Below, piece by piece: positions 53,408-62,710 of a stretch of 64,000 nucleotides of DNA. Source of the DNA: an uncultured Lachnospiraceae bacterium (GTDB lineage: Bacteria > Bacillota > Clostridia > Lachnospirales > Lachnospiraceae); assembly GCA_946549155.1 (NCBI GenBank), contig CAMNQN010000001.1:531-64530 (forward strand), given 5' to 3'. Position 1 is the first letter of the stretch, and the number at the start of each line of letters is the position of its first letter. The translations under genes and the position numbers were made by a program. The notes under the pieces are model-generated. The model was not told the DNA's origin, searched no databases, and was given only the letters and a program-made list of their open reading frames with translations.

Positions 53408-56400
53408 TTATTTGGGGGTTGCTTTTCGTTGCTTTTCAGCCAGATCATAGAAACGTTTTGCCATTTTTGGTTGCGAACGAGCGGCGGATATAGGGATGGA
53501 ACTGGTAAGGGTGTTTGCATTTTCTTTTTTTTCTAGGCGGTCAATCATCTGCGGGGTGATGGGAGGCGCAAATTCCCTTTGTTCTCCATAGCTCATAACG
53601 GCATCGTTCAAGGGACCTAAGCAGTTGACAAATATTTTGTCAGTTTGATGCTCTTCGTAATATCGAAGGCTGAAATTATACAGATCCTGATTTGTTCTTG
53701 CCCGGTCTATCAGTGGTATTTGAGTATAGCGTTCGGCAAACAGTGGCAGACATTTTTCCAGTGCTTCATGCAGCTCCATATCACATTCTGCGGGAAGGAT
53801 AAGGGGAGCTACATGGTCTCCTTCCAGTTGATATTCCTGAATACTGCGATAGGGAATATTGGCAAAAATAGCTTCCGCAAAAAGCAGGCTGGTGGTATTA
53901 GGGCTAAAATTATACCGCACAGAGTGTCCCTGGGTAGGGTATACAGAGCGGGCATAGTAGAACGGAACATCAAATTCTTCCCTGCAAAGATGGTGAAGCA
54001 GGCGAACAAAGCAATCCTGGGTATATCCGCGCCCCCAATATTCAATAAATGCGTAGGGTTCGGAAAAATCAATTTCTTGAAGGAAGTATTTTTCTACCAG
54101 TTTTCGTTTTTTAGCTCCGTAGTCTAATAGGTATTCCCGATAAGATGAGGAAGCCTTGACGGTGGAGAGGATAGTTTTCCGAAGCGCTGGGGTGATATAC
54201 TTTGTGGTTTTAACTTTGCCAAGCTCCGGAAAAAGGGTATCAAATTGTTGGTCGGTTATAAAAAGGGCTTTTAGCAAATTTTCATAGGAACTTACCTGTG
54301 CTAGATTGCCAAAACTATAGAAAAATTCTTCGTCCATTGCTTCAACAAAGGATGGAATCCTCCAGGCAGCCCGAGAGCCATAAATATATTTAGTTTTCAG
54401 GTTCAGATGCTCCTCCTCAATGATTCTGTCAGCGATCCTTTTCAAGTGGTGACCATCCCGGGAAATAAAATAAACGCATTTTGTCCCCTGCTCTATAGCA
54501 TGGTGAATGGCCCAATGTATATAGGGAACAAAATACAGGGACACATAGGCGTAAGCGTAATATTCCTTTTCGGAAGGGTTGGTGCAACGAAAATGGGCCA
54601 TCTGTGCGGCAAGGAGGAACCCATCGTAAGTGCCGATGGTTTTGACCAAGAAGGTCTCATATTCATTAAAGTCAGGGGTAGTCACAGGTACAGGGCAAAT
54701 TCCCAGCTTTTGAGGACTGATGCTGTCAGCTAATGGGTTGTCGCCGTGATGGAACCAGATCTTATATCGATAATCATCTAGTTGATTAAAAGCTTCCAAA
54801 AACAACTTGCGGGTAGTTTTCTGTACACCTAGATCGCTGGACAGGAAAAGCGGCAATTCTGCCAACAGAGGGCAGGCTTTTTTAAGCAGTTTCTGGATGA
54901 AGCTCTTGGGAAGATACATATCGCTGATTAACAGTACCGTTTCACCCTTTTCCGTCAGTTCTCTTACTTGGCGTATTTGTTCTTCAATGGGAATGCAGTT
55001 TTCGTATTCTGCCTCCAGTTCCCAGTCCATAAGTGTTTTTATTTGTTGTTCGGACAGATGGTAAAGCTCTGCCATCCGGTCGAAAATTTCGGAAAAAGAG
55101 ATTTCACGCCAGGTGCTTTTGCGCACAAGTAAGGTTTTTCGATAATATTCTCGCACATTTTCTTCGCAGTACTGGCGAATGGCCGGGTAATCGGTGGTGA
55201 GTTGATCCGGAAAATTTATTTCCGAATGTTCCATCTTATATTTCACATAGAAAAAAATACCCTCCGGTTTTAGAACCTTTCGCGCAATCAGTGTGTCAAA
55301 TAAGTCGAAGGAGTGGAGGACAGGCAGCTTCAAATCAGCTCTCGGCTGGAATTGCAAAGTTTTGTTGACAATGGTTTCCATGGTTGCTTCCCCGGAATAC
55401 TGCCAGAATAGCTGATAGATTCGTTCGTAATCGTTTATATCGTCTTTTTCGTAAAATGTCAATGCGGATAAAAGCTGATCGAAGCTGTCGCATAAGGTTC
55501 CACAGGTCATTTCTTTTAGATCAAATACCATATCTCTTAAGGTATCTTTTTCTCCATAATCGAAGAAATAGCGGATAAAATGAGGAACGCCACCTGCCAT
55601 CATATCGTAAAAAATGGAAGAATAATCGATGATTCCTAGATCAATCTGATTGAATATTTCATAAAAATCCAGTCGGTTGTCCCAGAAAAGAATCCGAGGG
55701 CAGTCTTTGTATTTCTGATACAGTCTTTGGTAGTGTGCATCTTTTTCCATTTGGGGGTGAATTTTGATAATTAAAAGCAGATTTTGCTGACAGAGCGTTG
55801 CTGTGAGCCGTTCAAAATCAGGTATTGCGTTGGTCCAGAAATCATAGTCCGGATTGTCACGGTAGGTGGGAACATAGGCGGCGATTTTGGTGTTGGAGGG
55901 CAGATGTTTCCAGGCCAGAATATTGTGATCAAAGGTGGATACCTTTTCGTAATAATTCTGATAGACGCAGCGGGGATATCCGGCACGAATCAGGTGGGAC
56001 TCTGATAAACAGCACTGTTTCATGAAATGTTCTTCCATCAGAGGAGAGGATACAAGAAACAGCATGTTTTTCTGATAATATTCACTGTTTTTAATAAATT
56101 TTTTTGCAATACGTTCCGCCAGAAATCCGTAAGACACTTTTTTTTCTACCGTTTTGCAGCCTACGCCATGATAGAGATTAAGCATAATTGTGTTTTGCAT
56201 ATGTGTTGGAATTATTTCTTTTAGCTGTTCTACAACAAATACACCGGTTTTTTGCTGGAGAAGATGAGAACCTCTTTCATTGAAGGTGTAGGCCCGGTAG
56301 CCTAATGCGCGGATTGTATTTACTGTGTCCTGTTCGTTGCAGATCCAATAGGCATAGATGTCGGGACGGTATTTTGTGATATAGAGAAATAACCATTTGG

Positions 56401-56617
56401 GATTTCCGGTAAAGGTTTCGCCGGCGTTAAAAGCCCAGATGTGTTTTCTATCGATATTGGATGGAAGCTTGAACTTCCACTTTACGGTGCTGCGGTAAAT
56501 GGAGTATAAAGGAGTTTTTCTAATACTTTTTTTTAATGAATCCCGCATAATTCTGGTGCTACAATAAACGGCGTATAAAGGAGTTTTTTTAATAATTTTT
56601 TTTAATGAATTTAACAT
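53408..56617 (-). CDS. 1069-aa fusion: TagF-family phosphotransferase + HAD-superfamily-like domain + ~430-aa uncharacterised C-terminal domain
   Basis: N-terminal part: LNLYHGVGCK, YVPTYRDN, DYSSIFYDMM...FFDYGEK (TagF-type blocks). Middle: SFDLFDTLIARK, LISDMYLP, HHGDNPLADS (HAD-like). The remainder is not recognised. Confidence 0.8.
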   Translation of the reverse strand: MLNSLKKIIKKTPLYAVYCSTRIMRDSLKKSIRKTPLYSIYRSTVKWKFKLPSNIDRKHIWAFNAGETFTGNPKWLFLYITKYRPDIYAYWICNEQDTVNTIRALGYRAYTFNERGSHLLQQKTGVFVVEQLKEIIPTHMQNTIMLNLYHGVGCKTVEKKVSYGFLAERIAKKFIKNSEYYQKNMLFLVSSPLMEEHFMKQCCLSESHLIRAGYPRCVYQNYYEKVSTFDHNILAWKHLPSNTKIAAYVPTYRDNPDYDFWTNAIPDFERLTATLCQQNLLLIIKIHPQMEKDAHYQRLYQKYKDCPRILFWDNRLDFYEIFNQIDLGIIDYSSIFYDMMAGGVPHFIRYFFDYGEKDTLRDMVFDLKEMTCGTLCDSFDQLLSALTFYEKDDINDYERIYQLFWQYSGEATMETIVNKTLQFQPRADLKLPVLHSFDLFDTLIARKVLKPEGIFFYVKYKMEHSEINFPDQLTTDYPAIRQYCEENVREYYRKTLLVRKSTWREISFSEIFDRMAELYHLSEQQIKTLMDWELEAEYENCIPIEEQIRQVRELTEKGETVLLISDMYLPKSFIQKLLKKACPLLAELPLFLSSDLGVQKTTRKLFLEAFNQLDDYRYKIWFHHGDNPLADSISPQKLGICPVPVTTPDFNEYETFLVKTIGTYDGFLLAAQMAHFRCTNPSEKEYYAYAYVSLYFVPYIHWAIHHAIEQGTKCVYFISRDGHHLKRIADRIIEEEHLNLKTKYIYGSRAAWRIPSFVEAMDEEFFYSFGNLAQVSSYENLLKALFITDQQFDTLFPELGKVKTTKYITPALRKTILSTVKASSSYREYLLDYGAKKRKLVEKYFLQEIDFSEPYAFIEYWGRGYTQDCFVRLLHHLCREEFDVPFYYARSVYPTQGHSVRYNFSPNTTSLLFAEAIFANIPYRSIQEYQLEGDHVAPLILPAECDMELHEALEKCLPLFAERYTQIPLIDRARTNQDLYNFSLRYYEEHQTDKIFVNCLGPLNDAVMSYGEQREFAPPITPQMIDRLEKKENANTLTSSIPISAARSQPKMAKRFYDLAEKQRKATPK

Positions 56618-56697
56618 AAAATCCTCCCGGATGGATAAAATAAATGCATTGCGGCTCTGTAGAATATAACAGAATAAAAGAGAGCCGTTACGGGGAA

Positions 56698-56726
56698 ATT
56701 ATAAGGGAGATTTTAGAAAAAGTCAA
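56698..56726 (-). promoter_or_regulatory. Near-consensus promoter for the 1069-aa gene
   Basis: Minus strand reads TTGACT, 17-nt spacer, TATAAT (plus-strand agtcaa at 56721-56726 and attata at 56698-56703). Confidence 0.55.
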
Positions 56727-56748
56727 CTGTGCGGGAAGATTCAGGGGA

Positions 56749-56776
56749 TTGCAAAATCTGCCGGATTTGGTATGAT
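56749..56776 (+). promoter_or_regulatory. Divergent promoter for the tagB/tagF-like pair
   Basis: TTGCAA (56749-56754), 16-nt spacer ending TGg, TATGAT (56771-56776). Confidence 0.45.
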
Positions 56777-56878
56777 AGGAAGAGTATTTTATTTTGTGAA
56801 GAGAGGTCTGCGGTTTGCCGTATCCTTGCGGAAGCTGCCCTTGGGTGCAAAGCGCAGATATCGGGAGGGGCGGACGGA

Positions 56879-58117
56879 ATGAGGGGAAAGTGGAGACTGC
56901 GTCAAATGATTGGAGACCTGTACCGGATGGGAACGCTCCATATGCTTTATCCATTTCTGTACAGAATCTATGCGGGAAAACCGGTGGATGAGAACAAGGT
57001 GGTCTTTCTTGAGGTACGCCAGCCGGAGCTGTCGGACAATTTCCGCCTGCTTTTCCAGCGGCTTTCCCGGGAGCCCTATCACCTGCATATGAGCTATTTG
57101 GGTGAGGGGCGGGAGGGCTATGGCAGGACGGTCAAAAACTGCCTTGGCGCTTTGCGGGAGGTGGCTGACGCCAGATATGTGTTTGTGAATGAATCCTCCT
57201 ATTTTACCGGGTGTCTGCCGCTGCGAAAGGAGACGGAGCTGATTCAGACCTGGCATGCCTGCGGAGCCTTTAAGAGATTCGGCTACAGCACGGCGGAAAA
57301 GAAGTTTGGCTCAGGCAGGAAGCGTCTGGATCGGTTTCCGCTGCACAGAAATTATTCTTATGTGACGGTGAGCAGCCCGGAGGTGGTCTGGGCCTATGCG
57401 GAAGCCTTTCATATGGAGGGTCAGCAGGATCAGATTCTGCCGCTGGGAATCAGCCGGACAGACTGTTTTTTTCAGCCGGAGCAGTTGAACGCGGCCCAGG
57501 AAAAGCTGGAGCAGGTGCTGGGTGCGGCGGGCATGGATGGTGCACCGGGGGAATTAAGAGGTCATGGCAGGAAGAAAATTGTCCTGTACGCCCCCACCTT
57601 TCGGGGAAAGGTGGCCGATGCAAGGTCCCCGGAGGTGCTGGATTTTGAAAAACTGCACAGCGCGCTGGGGGAGGATTATATTTTTCTGTGCAAACACCAT
57701 CCCTTTGTAAAGAAGCGGCCGGCGATTCCGGAAACGTGCAGGGGATATGCGCTGGATGTGACGGAGCTGATGGAGATTGAAGAGCTTTTGATGGTCAGTG
57801 ATATTTGTATTTCGGATTATTCCTCCCTGGTATTTGAGTATTCGCTGTTTGAGCGGCCCATGATTTTTCTGGCTTACGATCTGGAGGAGTATTATGATTG
57901 GAGAGGTTTTTACTATCCCTATGAGGAGATGGCTCCGGGGCCGGTGGTGCGGACCACGGAAGAGGTGATCGAATGCCTGAAGGAGCCGGAACAATGGTTT
58001 GATCCCCAACGGGTGCGGGCGTTCCGGGAAAAATTTATGAGCGGCTGCGATGGACAGGCGACGGAGCGCTTGGTACAATTAATGAAAAACGCGGCGGTAA
58101 AAAAACATGGAGAATGA
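56879..58117 (+). CDS. TagB/TagF-family alditol-phosphate transferase
   Basis: IQTWHACGAFKRFGYS, LYAPTFRG, SDYSSLVFEYSLFERPMIFLAYDLEEYYDWRGFYY, MSGCDGQATERL. ATG 56879 follows GGGAGGGG; the track start 56729 is probably too long. Confidence 0.85.
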   Translation: MRGKWRLRQMIGDLYRMGTLHMLYPFLYRIYAGKPVDENKVVFLEVRQPELSDNFRLLFQRLSREPYHLHMSYLGEGREGYGRTVKNCLGALREVADARYVFVNESSYFTGCLPLRKETELIQTWHACGAFKRFGYSTAEKKFGSGRKRLDRFPLHRNYSYVTVSSPEVVWAYAEAFHMEGQQDQILPLGISRTDCFFQPEQLNAAQEKLEQVLGAAGMDGAPGELRGHGRKKIVLYAPTFRGKVADARSPEVLDFEKLHSALGEDYIFLCKHHPFVKKRPAIPETCRGYALDVTELMEIEELLMVSDICISDYSSLVFEYSLFERPMIFLAYDLEEYYDWRGFYYPYEEMAPGPVVRTTEEVIECLKEPEQWFDPQRVRAFREKFMSGCDGQATERLVQLMKNAAVKKHGE

Positions 58118-59397
58118 ATATGAGTAAAATAAAAGAAATGTTGAAGAAAACCCCGTTAAGGCAGCTTTGGTGGAAGCTCTGGAAGTTTCCGCCGTTGAAA
58201 GCGCTGCGAAAATACCGGGGAGAAAAAAAGAGAGATCAGCTTTTGTTTCATACGTTCCCGAAGGCGTATGATTCCCACAGGACGGAACCATTGGATGAAC
58301 GGAAGGTGATCTTTATTGAACTGAGCCTTCCGGCTCTCAGCAATAGTTTTCGTGTACTTTATGATGAGCTGGAGCAGAACTATGATTTTGATCTTCATGT
58401 CTATCTTCTGAGAAAGAATTTTGTCTCGGCGAGGGAATATATCCGTCGGTGTAAGGAGCTGCTGAAGGATGCAGCCACAGCGAAATATATTTTTGTGGCC
58501 GAAGCGTCGGAAGTTTTGAGCTGTCTGGATATGCGCCCGGAGACGGTGGTTACTCAGCTGTGGCATGCCTGCGGTGCTTTTAAAAAGTTTGGAGAGAGTA
58601 CGGCGAATCTGATTTTTGGCTATAACGCGGAGCAGTACGCAAGACATCCCATGTACCGGAATTATACTCATGTGACCGTGAGCAGTCCGGAGATTGTCTG
58701 GGCTTATGCGGAGGCCATGAACTTAAAGGGAAAAGAGGAGATCGTTAAGCCGGTGGGAGTCAGCAGGACGGATGTCTTTTTCCGGGAGCAGACGATTCAG
58801 GAGGCTTTTGGTCATTTATACGAAAAATTTCCGACGGCAAAGGGAAAGAAGATTATTCTGTTTGCCCCTACCTTCCGGGGAAGGGTAGCCAGGGCGGCTA
58901 CTCCGGACTGCTTTGACTTTGAAGCGTTTTACCGGGCCTTTGGAGAGGAGTATGTGGTGGTTACCAAGCATCATCCGCTGGTAAGGGAGCTGCCGCAGAT
59001 TCCGGAGGAGCTGGAGGGCTCTTTTGTGTATGATGCGACGAAAACCATGACCATTGAGGATTTGCTCTGTGTCAGCGATATCTGCATTTCCGATTATTCG
59101 TCCCTGATATTTGAGTATTCGCTGTTTGAGCGTCCGATGCTGTTTTTCGCCTACGATCTGGAGGAGTATTTTGACTGGCGGGGCTTTTATTATCCTTATG
59201 ACGAGCTGACCCCGGGGCCGGTGTGCAGGACCAATGAGGAGATGATTGATTATATCCGGCATTTGGATGAGCGCTTTGATAAACAGCGGGTGATCGATTT
59301 CAAAAACAAGTTTATGGGCGCCTGCGATGGACATGCCACCGAGAGAATCCTGGAGCTGGTTTTTGGAAAGGACGAACTGAAAAAATACAGAAAATAA
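58114..59397 (+). CDS. TagB/TagF-family alditol-phosphate transferase
   Basis: TQLWHACGAFKKFGES, LFAPTFRG, SDYSSLIFEYSLFERPMLFFAYDLEEYFDWRGFYY. ATGA overlap with the upstream paralog. Confidence 0.85.
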   Translation: MNMSKIKEMLKKTPLRQLWWKLWKFPPLKALRKYRGEKKRDQLLFHTFPKAYDSHRTEPLDERKVIFIELSLPALSNSFRVLYDELEQNYDFDLHVYLLRKNFVSAREYIRRCKELLKDAATAKYIFVAEASEVLSCLDMRPETVVTQLWHACGAFKKFGESTANLIFGYNAEQYARHPMYRNYTHVTVSSPEIVWAYAEAMNLKGKEEIVKPVGVSRTDVFFREQTIQEAFGHLYEKFPTAKGKKIILFAPTFRGRVARAATPDCFDFEAFYRAFGEEYVVVTKHHPLVRELPQIPEELEGSFVYDATKTMTIEDLLCVSDICISDYSSLIFEYSLFERPMLFFAYDLEEYFDWRGFYYPYDELTPGPVCRTNEEMIDYIRHLDERFDKQRVIDFKNKFMGACDGHATERILELVFGKDELKKYRK

Positions 59398-59516
59398 GGG
59401 CCGCGCCGGATAGCGGCGCAGGGGGCAGGAAGCGTGAAAGCTCCCTGGATTCAAGGTTCTAAGGATTTCCCTCTTTCACATAAACTGTAAAAAGGTTTGT
59501 GCGGAAGAGGGTTTTT

Positions 59517-59831
59517 ATGTCAGAAAACCGCGTACATAAAATAGTGAAAATTTTGATGGTGGCTGTGATTTTGCTGCTGGCCTATTTCCTGCCGGGAATC
59601 TGTGCCAGAAGGATGGGAGGGGAGGAGAGCGTCCGGGGAAATCGGGAGGAAATATTGGAAAAGGGTGAGCAGAAGGACACCGGGACTATCACAGAGGGTG
59701 AGACGGGGATACAGGGAACGGGTGACCAGGAAAATGATCCGCAAAGGAAGAATCCGGGCGGGGAAGGGAAGGGGCAGCAGCCCGGGGGCGGTGCGCTCAT
59801 TGTACTTGATCCGGGGCACGGCGGATTGTAG
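59517..59831 (+). pseudogene. Truncated N-acetylmuramoyl-L-alanine amidase (Amidase_3-type) fragment
   Basis: Signal anchor, Gly/Glu-rich linker, then ALIVLDPGHGG. This is the first block of Amidase_3 domains, and it is immediately followed by a stop. No continuation was found in any frame. Confidence 0.55.
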
Positions 59832-59938
59832 GAGCGCAGTTTTTTTGATCGTGAAAAGCTGCCGCGGAGCTGCGGCGAGATGGCAGGGGAGCGTTACGGA
59901 TATCCTGTCATTTTGCCACAGCTCCGGCGGCAGTTTAT

Positions 59939-61102
59939 TTATTTGTCTCTAAGCTTTCCGGCTGCAACGCAGATTATAATCGTGATAAGCATATCCGGCA
60001 AAGTATTGCCGACAACAATATCCACCCGCATCAATAACCGGTAAAGGCCAAAGCCGATGAGCCAGATGATCAGATTTTGGATATGGAACGGTTCGGCTTC
60101 CTTGTTTTGCTTCAGAATGAAAAAGTCCGCAATCTGTATGGCGATCATCGGTGCAAATACCGAACCGATAAAGTACAGAAAGTCGGTGATATCGGTGAGG
60201 GGCAGGGAAATTGCTCCTGCGGCGCCGATTACAGTTACAGCTACGGCAACCCATTTTCCGCGAAGCTTCGATGACAGGGATTCGCTGGAGACACCGGCGG
60301 AGTAGGCATCAAGGAAGGTGGTGGTAACAGTAGAAAATACGATAATCAGAAGCCCGGCGATACCAAGCCCCGCTTTTACCATAATCCGGGCAATGTCAGA
60401 TTCTCCGGTGAAGATAGCGGCCCCCATACCGATCACATACATCCAACAGCTGACGATTCCGTAGGTGACTGCGCTGACAGCGGTAGCCCTGACGGGTTTC
60501 GCGGCTTCTCTTGTGTAGTCGCTGATCAAAGGGAGCCAGGACAGCGGCATTGCAACGGACAGCTCCACAGCTGCGCCGAAGGTCATGCCTTCCCCGCCGA
60601 TATTCTGCACTGTCCCCTTCCCAAAGATCACAAAGCTGAGAAGAATCGTCAGAATAAACAGTGCCGTCATTGCAACCGTATTTATTTTGCCAAGGTTCTG
60701 GATGCCGATCATGATCCAGAGTATGATGAAAGCTCCGATTACGATACACCAAATCCAATTTTCGGTATCAAAGATCCCGTTTACCGCAAGGGCTCCGTCG
60801 TAGATCATAATAGCTGTCCAGCCAACAAGCTGAATGATATTCAGCACGGAGAAAAATAAAGCCCCTTTGCTGCCGAAGCTCATCTTGGCAGTCTCCATCG
60901 CACTTTTGCGCACCTTGCCGCCGATAAGCCCTGCCAGGAAAAGCATGGTGCATCCAATGATATGTCCCATTAGTATGGCCAGCAGACCTTTGGCGAAGCC
61001 GAGAGGCGCGAAATAGGTACCGGTCAGAATCTCCGCAATGGAAACTGCGGCGCCAAACCAGATGAGTCCGTTTTCAAATACAGAAGTGCGTTTTTCTTCC
61101 AT
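59939..61102 (-). CDS. cytX: Hydroxymethylpyrimidine permease CytX-like (NCS1 family)
   Basis: MEEKRTSVFENGLIWFGAAVSIAEILTGT. About 12 TM. ATG 61102 lies 1 nt after the thiD stop and 7 nt after AAGGAGG. thi operon context. Confidence 0.7.
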   Translation of the reverse strand: MEEKRTSVFENGLIWFGAAVSIAEILTGTYFAPLGFAKGLLAILMGHIIGCTMLFLAGLIGGKVRKSAMETAKMSFGSKGALFFSVLNIIQLVGWTAIMIYDGALAVNGIFDTENWIWCIVIGAFIILWIMIGIQNLGKINTVAMTALFILTILLSFVIFGKGTVQNIGGEGMTFGAAVELSVAMPLSWLPLISDYTREAAKPVRATAVSAVTYGIVSCWMYVIGMGAAIFTGESDIARIMVKAGLGIAGLLIIVFSTVTTTFLDAYSAGVSSESLSSKLRGKWVAVAVTVIGAAGAISLPLTDITDFLYFIGSVFAPMIAIQIADFFILKQNKEAEPFHIQNLIIWLIGFGLYRLLMRVDIVVGNTLPDMLITIIICVAAGKLRDK

Positions 61103-61103
61103 T

Positions 61104-61916
61104 TTACTTCGCCTCCTTTGCATAGTTACCCTGCAGGCCAAAATTGTGCATCATAGGACCGGAGCCCTGGCCTAAATCAAGCTGTGCGGCAAGCGCATCG
61201 GAGATATACTCCTTAGCCAGCCGGACAGACACAGCGAGCTCATAGCCCTTGGCAAAGTTGGAGGCAATGGCAGAGGAAAGCGTGCATCCGGTACCGTGGG
61301 TGTTGGGGTTCTGGATTCGTTTGCCTTCAAACCATAGGGATTCCCCGTTGTCATACAATAAGTCGTTGGCATCGTTTACACGGTGACCGCCTTTGAGAAG
61401 AACGGCACAGCCGTAGGTATCTCCGATGAATTTTGCTGCCAAAAGCATATCCTCTTTGCTTTCCACAGCCATTCCCGAAAGCACCTGTGCCTCAGGGATG
61501 TTCGGCGTAACCAGTGCTGCGATGGGCAAAAGCTCCCGGGTCAGGGTGTCTACCGCATCGGTTTTCATCAGGGAAGAACCGCTGGTTGCGACCATAACGG
61601 GATCTACCACCACATTTTCTGCCTTATAGTATCTGAGCCTATCTGAAATCACACAAATGAGTTCGGAGGAAGATACCATACCAATCTTGACTGCATCGGG
61701 GAAAATATCCTCAAATACCGCGTCAAGCTGCTGTTTTAAAAATTCAGGTGTGGCTTCCTGAATTGCTCTTACGCCGGTTGTGTTCTGTGCCGTCAGCGCT
61801 GTGATTGCACTCATAGCATAAACACCATTCATCGTCATTGTTTTTAAATCTGCCTGAATACCGGCGCCTCCACTGCAGTCGCTTCCTGCAATGGTCAATG
61901 CTGTTCTCATTTTCAT
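61104..61916 (-). CDS. thiD: Hydroxymethylpyrimidine/phosphomethylpyrimidine kinase
   Basis: ALTIAGSDCSGGAGIQADLKT, LLKGGH, HGTGCTLSSAIA. ATG 61916 follows AAAGGAG. Confidence 0.9.
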   Translation of the reverse strand: MKMRTALTIAGSDCSGGAGIQADLKTMTMNGVYAMSAITALTAQNTTGVRAIQEATPEFLKQQLDAVFEDIFPDAVKIGMVSSSELICVISDRLRYYKAENVVVDPVMVATSGSSLMKTDAVDTLTRELLPIAALVTPNIPEAQVLSGMAVESKEDMLLAAKFIGDTYGCAVLLKGGHRVNDANDLLYDNGESLWFEGKRIQNPNTHGTGCTLSSAIASNFAKGYELAVSVRLAKEYISDALAAQLDLGQGSGPMMHNFGLQGNYAKEAK

Positions 61917-62065
61917 AAAAATACTCCTTTCGTTTTTCAGCATCGTTTTCTATAGCGGCATAAGGTGGTGCCCCCAATATACCGCCTGAAGCCTGCGGCT
62001 TATATGCCGTAAGCAAGCTTCCGAAATAAATTTGCCTGTGCGAAGGCCTCAGCCAAGCGTAAAGC

Positions 62066-62701
62066 TCAGCATAGGCCAAGCTCCGCTGCTCTTGCTTTTA
62101 ACTCGGCGGCTGCCCGCTTCGGATCGTCCGCCTTCATAATGGCGGACACTACGCAGATACCGGCAATGGGGATTCCTGCAAGAACATCGATATTCCCCTT
62201 GTTCAGTCCGCCGATGGCATTTGCCGGAATCGGAACCGCATTACAAATATCCCGAAGGGTATCCGTAGAGGTAAGGACGGTTTTCACTTTGGTTGTGGTG
62301 GGATAGATTGCTCCTACGCCGAGATAGTCCGCGCCCTGCTCATAGGCTTCCCTCGCCCAGGGAACGGTTTTTGCTGTTGCGCCAACGATCCTGTCATCGC
62401 CCATCAGTTTTCTGGCGGCTGCAACGGGCATATCGCTGGCTCCTACGTGAACCCCCTCCGCATCAATGGCAAGAGCGACGTCTACCCGGTCGTCAATGAT
62501 AAGAGGAACATGGTAACGCTTTGCGATGGCGTGAACCTTTTGGGCAAGCTCGATATATTCTCTTGTGCTTTTTTCTTTTTCACGAAGCTGAAGAAGGGTT
62601 GCGCCGCCCTGCAGGGCCTGTTCCACACGGCGGAGAAATTCTTCCTCGCTGTAGTTCGTGCTGTCGGTTATAAAGTATAAACTCGGGTCAAACTTTTTCA
62701 T
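62066..62701 (-). CDS. thiE: Thiamine-phosphate synthase
   Basis: LYFITDS, LQLREK, VHVG, GVGAIYPTTTK, IGGL. Confidence 0.9.
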   Translation of the reverse strand: MKKFDPSLYFITDSTNYSEEEFLRRVEQALQGGATLLQLREKEKSTREYIELAQKVHAIAKRYHVPLIIDDRVDVALAIDAEGVHVGASDMPVAAARKLMGDDRIVGATAKTVPWAREAYEQGADYLGVGAIYPTTTKVKTVLTSTDTLRDICNAVPIPANAIGGLNKGNIDVLAGIPIAGICVVSAIMKADDPKRAAAELKARAAELGLC

Positions 62702-62710
62702 TTTTTCTCC

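Noticed and set aside
59398-59440. Hairpin after the last tagF-like gene (GCGCCG-gatag-CGGCGC) as a terminator
   Set aside because: The stem is only 6 bp and is followed by G-rich sequence, not a T tract. It is not convincing as an intrinsic terminator.
59602-59952. 116-aa plus-strand ORF overlapping the amidase fragment
   Set aside because: It is in an alternative frame of a Gly/Glu-rich linker region. The product is Arg/Gly-rich and low-complexity, with no RBS.
61944-62065. Possible TPP riboswitch in the thiE-thiD spacer
   Set aside because: The plus strand shows a stretch (GGTGGTGCCCCC...ACCGCCTGAAGCCTGCGGCTTATATGCCGTAAGC) that loosely resembles the GGGGUGCC and UGAACCUGAUCUGGAUAAUGCCAGCG parts of the THI box. 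However, the invariant CUGAGA element is missing and the match is on the strand opposite to the thi genes. The minus strand has GGCTGAGG but no downstream ACCUGA / pyrimidine-sensor helix. The real riboswitch is probably upstream of thiH, beyond nt 64000. A covariance-model scan (Rfam TPP) would settle it.
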